A stretch of DNA of 64,000 nucleotides from Bacteroidales bacterium (lineage in GTDB: Bacteria > Bacteroidota > Bacteroidia > Bacteroidales > ML635J-15): NCBI GenBank assembly GCA_017620015.1, contig JAFZRE010000004.1:29627-93626 (forward strand). Direction: 5' to 3'. Positions within the stretch are counted from its first letter, which is position 1; the number at the start of each line of letters is the position of its first letter. The translations under genes were made by a program, and so were the position numbers. Below are positions 63,101-64,000 of the stretch, piece after piece. The notes under the pieces are model-generated. The model had not been told where the DNA came from, did no database searches, and saw only the letters and a program-made list of their open reading frames with translations.

Positions 63101-64000
63101 GAGCGGATTGCCCTTAGAGCCGAGCCTGTCGCCAAGTATATAAACGCCAAGGTTCTTGACAAGGTTGTTGCGGTAGGCATAGATTTCGGCTAGCGAATCG
63201 GGACGAACCTGCAACGAAACATTGTTACCAGAAACCTGCAAGTAGCTGCTTTCGGAATCCCAATTCACACCGTTTGCCGTGCTTACAGTAAAGTCGGACC
63301 TCACAGCACCAATGCCATCGGCCGAGTTCAAGGTCATTGGCGTAGCGGCAAGAATTGCTGCATTGGTATTTGCAATAGCAGCCGGACGCGGATACAAGCC
63401 TGCAGTTTCAACCCAGTTGTCATCGTTGAACAACGAACCCGAAACTAGCAACGAAGTTGGTTTTGCATAGAAACCATCAATAAAGCTCTCCTGTATTGGA
63501 AATTCGACAATCAGTGTGTTCTGATGGTCAAAATAACAGTCGTTGTATGTAACGTCTTCTGTCATAGTGGCCATTACATTTGACTCGGCAACCAAACATT
63601 TTGTTGCGGTTCCTTTGTCAACTATCGGATATAAGGTTGAACAAACGCCACGGACAAATGTAGAAACAAAGCAGTTGGCAACGGTTGTGCGCGAATCAGC
63701 CTTTGCAATACCAGCAACCTCGGTAGAATTGAACTGGGCATTTGAAACATCGACAGAAAGCATACACAAGCTTCCCGAAATCGAAGTGCAAGTTGCCTGA
63801 CCGACCATTCCCGCAAAATGGAGTTCCGTCATTTCGCCCGAAGCCGACATCAGTCCGCTTACGGTAACATTTGAAATCGTCGAGTTGCTTGCCGACGCTA
63901 CCAATCCTGAAACAATGGAATAGCCGTTGACATTGATGTTTAGATTTTCGAGATTCAAATTTTTAATGCAACCATTCTGCAAGTTGGTAAACATCGCCAC
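54182..64000 (-). CDS. Giant T9SS-secreted protein (>3272 aa; N-terminus lies beyond the window): GLUG-motif beta-helix arrays, Ig-like, propeller-like, CarboxypepD_reg-like and FN3 domains, T9SS CTD
   Basis: The ORF is open to nt 64000. It has many ..S.I.NC.N.G.I....GG(L/I)(V/A)G.. units (GLUG-like), FN3 units (..NLSWEAAELGDYESVSYLIYEEG..), and the CTD FELYPNPAAEMFFVEGRQ..GVYAVRIILSDSRSVVKRIVIGR. Confidence 0.85.
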   Translation of the reverse strand: MAMFTNLQNGCIKNLNLENLNINVNGYSIVSGLVASASNSTISNVTVSGLMSASGEMTELHFAGMVGQATCTSISGSLCMLSVDVSNAQFNSTEVAGIAKADSRTTVANCFVSTFVRGVCSTLYPIVDKGTATKCLVAESNVMATMTEDVTYNDCYFDHQNTLIVEFPIQESFIDGFYAKPTSLLVSGSLFNDDNWVETAGLYPRPAAIANTNAAILAATPMTLNSADGIGAVRSDFTVSTANGVNWDSESSYLQVSGNNVSLQVRPDSLAEIYAYRNNLVKNLGVYILGDRLGSKGNPLRISNENDLQALSRLFGGDEDPWDGYSKGMADYDWNTLISQLDDDIYILVDSDITVTGPYWTPIGGYGYSSEYSSFTGHFDGGNHTITFADSLEVDYGNGILFGYVGNSTISNITVVCENLGMGTCGGAGLIGEVYNSVISNATIKGNLAFYMGGECYSYYGGIAGIANSTSFINCVNEASIYSSNSVFGGIVGQGEDLILRSCVNTGTLVGSSGYSNTYIAGIIGEVTNSSIINCANYGSFADAPNVYTIPCAIVGSVQSSEIYGCANYGDNIIPLAIDANDCEFSNNINVPNNICSQPYDAEIISLILMNSTGSDSDNSLNYFFDNYTDKQLAPFAGNTYGIKGILTNDLISGNADELSADDWVFTSGRYPMPIGTDLDNDIVKLATTPIFLAATNDESYQTVKSVYGNIILPSTNGISWTLDSIPLAGTSVNLDSLRTETESVSLTLYSHIGENSKPYNIILSPMLGTPDNPLLVESLSDFNELAQAVAAQYDAYTYKGMVINDGGAGLYFRLTADIEAEQGSTNVVQISQMNGFSGNFNGGGHTITVTNNDLYQNSVCGLFTSISYARIDSLNVALSGNASAPRGTNASYASILCTNAINSTISNCTVVITDGTFSSYINCGLICGLLQNSRLIGCSTQGNGNYTIQSGDYAGGLVACSKNSTISNCTNGMSLYSQVGCVSAGIVSRAYSLILENCTNNAEIMNSQAAYLTYTAGIVGKLDDNYSPEYNSITNAVNNGRIYANNNSRGVAAGIICGYNTSSGNASVKVKNCVNSGYIYGGDAAAGIAYHIKGEVSNCANYGIVESTGDVAAIKCLQGSSSSVGNIEVGMVINEYNYYNDYTESLISPDADEDDFFDSEITDIRVDSLRINFNNGGTPRTTRQMVGSALANELPGDWDFAENLYPLPAGIDPNDPRNKLARMPIILRSEGLSRCEYMTSVLSDIILPQVEGVTWESSNPNIVSAPSGGGVATVTNPQADSTVRITATCEGFTKSYTFTVHRARGSSADDPIIISSSDDFEELGTDYPSYCYGLYFRLGNSIEISGSLSSFNGHFDGGGYTITWGNNVNRKCLFRNTTGAEISNLSTCGSNTALIDNAKETTIRNCAVYTNISSAENAGGLVGESSDGTLIDGCIVAGNIVTKHSGGFVSNAKDTRIVNSISMISANNSTGAEQEDVAAFVYSGYNNVVDSCLIIGSYLQDIPTSVCPSIGNEGSSIYYDNQQWNFSDDNNSLPAIGKMTRELVGNGIFAGSANWVHADDKYPVPAGTEDFLLATLVSTPMLIGENDRNVMEVTSLGISPEQVEGEVQWSAQSDSGVTADLTVACVDSPLPAEIVATLTDTSTTYIFTRPIMVTKGMLSVDNSNNSDPLPLCEGENITVINPFYGDAEYQWSSEPELQINEFGTDSVAVSIPIDYLATNYGNSQFVVTITAMFEGCEKTYDFRYNILPSATHIRLNDTAICVGSEVTLSCYADEGYEDYIDGFDYQWSDSEYDENIVLGEGPSYYIPSMNADRTVTVGVTGCSATIITAQLSAIDVVPITIVSGEPNQSICQGEFMEPVVFSVERPTYYLPEGIYADYNDDEALLTLSGRPFYNSQYDYSYTIYGCGSTYSGSIDVSKRTRIHTDGSFSQVLNLGDELDDIRLEDTGWEYYITVESLDGTETFTTEDLGLYISNIDRIDFLSGTPQMPGEFIYHITIPENGACPVIVYDNFLGVYDTEDLSATALSTTLCVGETATLTTVERPGAYGGEYVWTLEEDTVGTGSRINVIPPLGTSTYEVACGGKRMYGEFEIGDYVYLDEQLGENAYSMRKNTEISVYDYQTGYMIANVEQDSLLLMSLSKLEEIVWSYDTIDVSGNTNYATVADAMNDMNGRRNSMLLADDETSAAAILDDEDMYLPSAGELGYILNNYDKFYFALEYDLPIMLSSTEKDANTVYVFNVNYGRMMEYPKTEIATAMGFKKIAKSDVVNMVGRTSNINRTGSIDIIVSDRHEMSISTDDVLCNTDTAHVAIETEYSVVDWYNTINSDEQVVVENGVAVLPEGSYIAVGTDEYGSCHDTLEVKVKDLAFYMPQDTTVCDSVSFTIAKEDVTVMLGDEVLEGQTFMIAESGIYNITLIGVGDTCREEKTINVTVNQSYSISFDTIVLDSEFVWNGETYTATGDYEQRFTSVSGCDSVVTVHLTIANTETEFAVYGNVAESDGVSRLSGVNVVSGGASTVTDEAGYYVIMVQRANPILQFAKPGYNFVCDTIAESGQHNVLMLKPEMSVSLSDDSYETNPYVMRQFTVQLSNTGDGPMAWSSLVETEQTRNVMHSRNNTTMWEYADTVIRTYNNAEQAIATDGYYIYTASWQRAGEFSRYSIDNGYLETFIIEGVGGIRNMTYGNGFFFATDNTNKIYKINMDSQSLEDVITLNDPDLQIRYCAYSTAEDLLYIGNWTNLYKLVAYNTAYPTLIPLSYTMDNVYSIAYDAFSGTTPCLWAFSQVSENNGPFAKIYKLNTNGVQVEGMVHYINDASLATASSLAGGICVSQYLYDDRYVLLANVQNTNATNNIAVYELGRKNSWVSTDVKGGVIPVGGSIDVTVTEYAVENGNYTANVKFKPVVCMPEVTEVGLSMAVSTPQCSPVANLVAETDTFHTVNLSWEAAELGDYESVSYLIYEEGTAMPIDTVDATTYTISNPEVGNHCYYVRAFMRGEADCVSEASNTACVEILEFPCNVQLSLTARAYGNRIRLEWTELYGVSYYAILSLDGSDAVSVSGDVSSFEVDGVNVETDYCYRVMAFFRNNECNSVSSNDACARIASAGCGELPVAAAKAVGNSVAVTWTRVGGVQSYSLYRDDKYLTSTSDTIFYDMMLDFETEYCYVVEIDCGYGNYGLSETACATTDAEVIEENAVELLDADNFELYPNPAAEMFFVEGRQMQGLQIVNFAGQVVYELDNISDDRLPIDVSGFAPGVYAVRIILSDSRSVVKRIVIGR

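Noticed and set aside
1-64000. Search for integrase/transposase genes, tRNA/rRNA genes, CRISPR arrays and prophage modules
   Set aside because: None of the ORF translations shows recombinase, transposase, capsid or terminase motifs. No cloverleaf-like or rRNA-like segment was noticed in the spacers. The accessory regions therefore lack recognisable mobility genes within this window.

Overview
This 64-kb window looks like a chromosomal segment of a Bacteroidota genome. The phylum call rests on seven ORFs ending in type-IX-secretion (T9SS) C-terminal sorting domains ('..YPNP..'), on TAnnTTTG -7 promoter boxes, and on a CarboxypepD_reg-type TonB receptor. No rRNA, tRNA, CRISPR array, transposase or integrase was seen. 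All family calls come from motif recognition by eye, and no searches were run.

Content:
- Housekeeping genes: parC-like 3' end, lysC, leuS, pgi, idi, clpP-clpX, pepD, a HAD hydrolase, an RsmI-like methylase, and an AI-2E transporter next to an FMN/4Fe-4S membrane protein.
- Three giant T9SS cargo genes (about 2982 aa, about 3328 aa and more than 3272 aa), which fill almost half of the window.
- A TonB-dependent receptor followed by three paralogous T9SS/PKD surface proteins.
- Three toxin-antitoxin modules: MNT/HepT, YoeB with a DUF2683-like antitoxin, and HipBA.
- A visibly AT-rich islet (about 21963-26206).

Most interesting observations:
1. A 724-aa DnaE-derived protein keeps an intact PHP metal-site motif set. 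All three palm catalytic aspartates are replaced and the whole clamp/OB/tau C-terminus is missing.
2. LeuRS carries an in-frame insertion of about 114 aa that looks like a complete DUF559/Vsr-type PD-(D/E)xK endonuclease domain, placed just before the KMSKS loop.
3. The TonB receptor plus T9SS-anchored He_PIG-like/PKD paralog cluster may be a surface capture system that is not of the Sus type.
4. One giant adhesin contains three ALK-GRD-like glycine-rich modules.
5. Several dispersed intergenic repeat families are present, plus a possible structured RNA.
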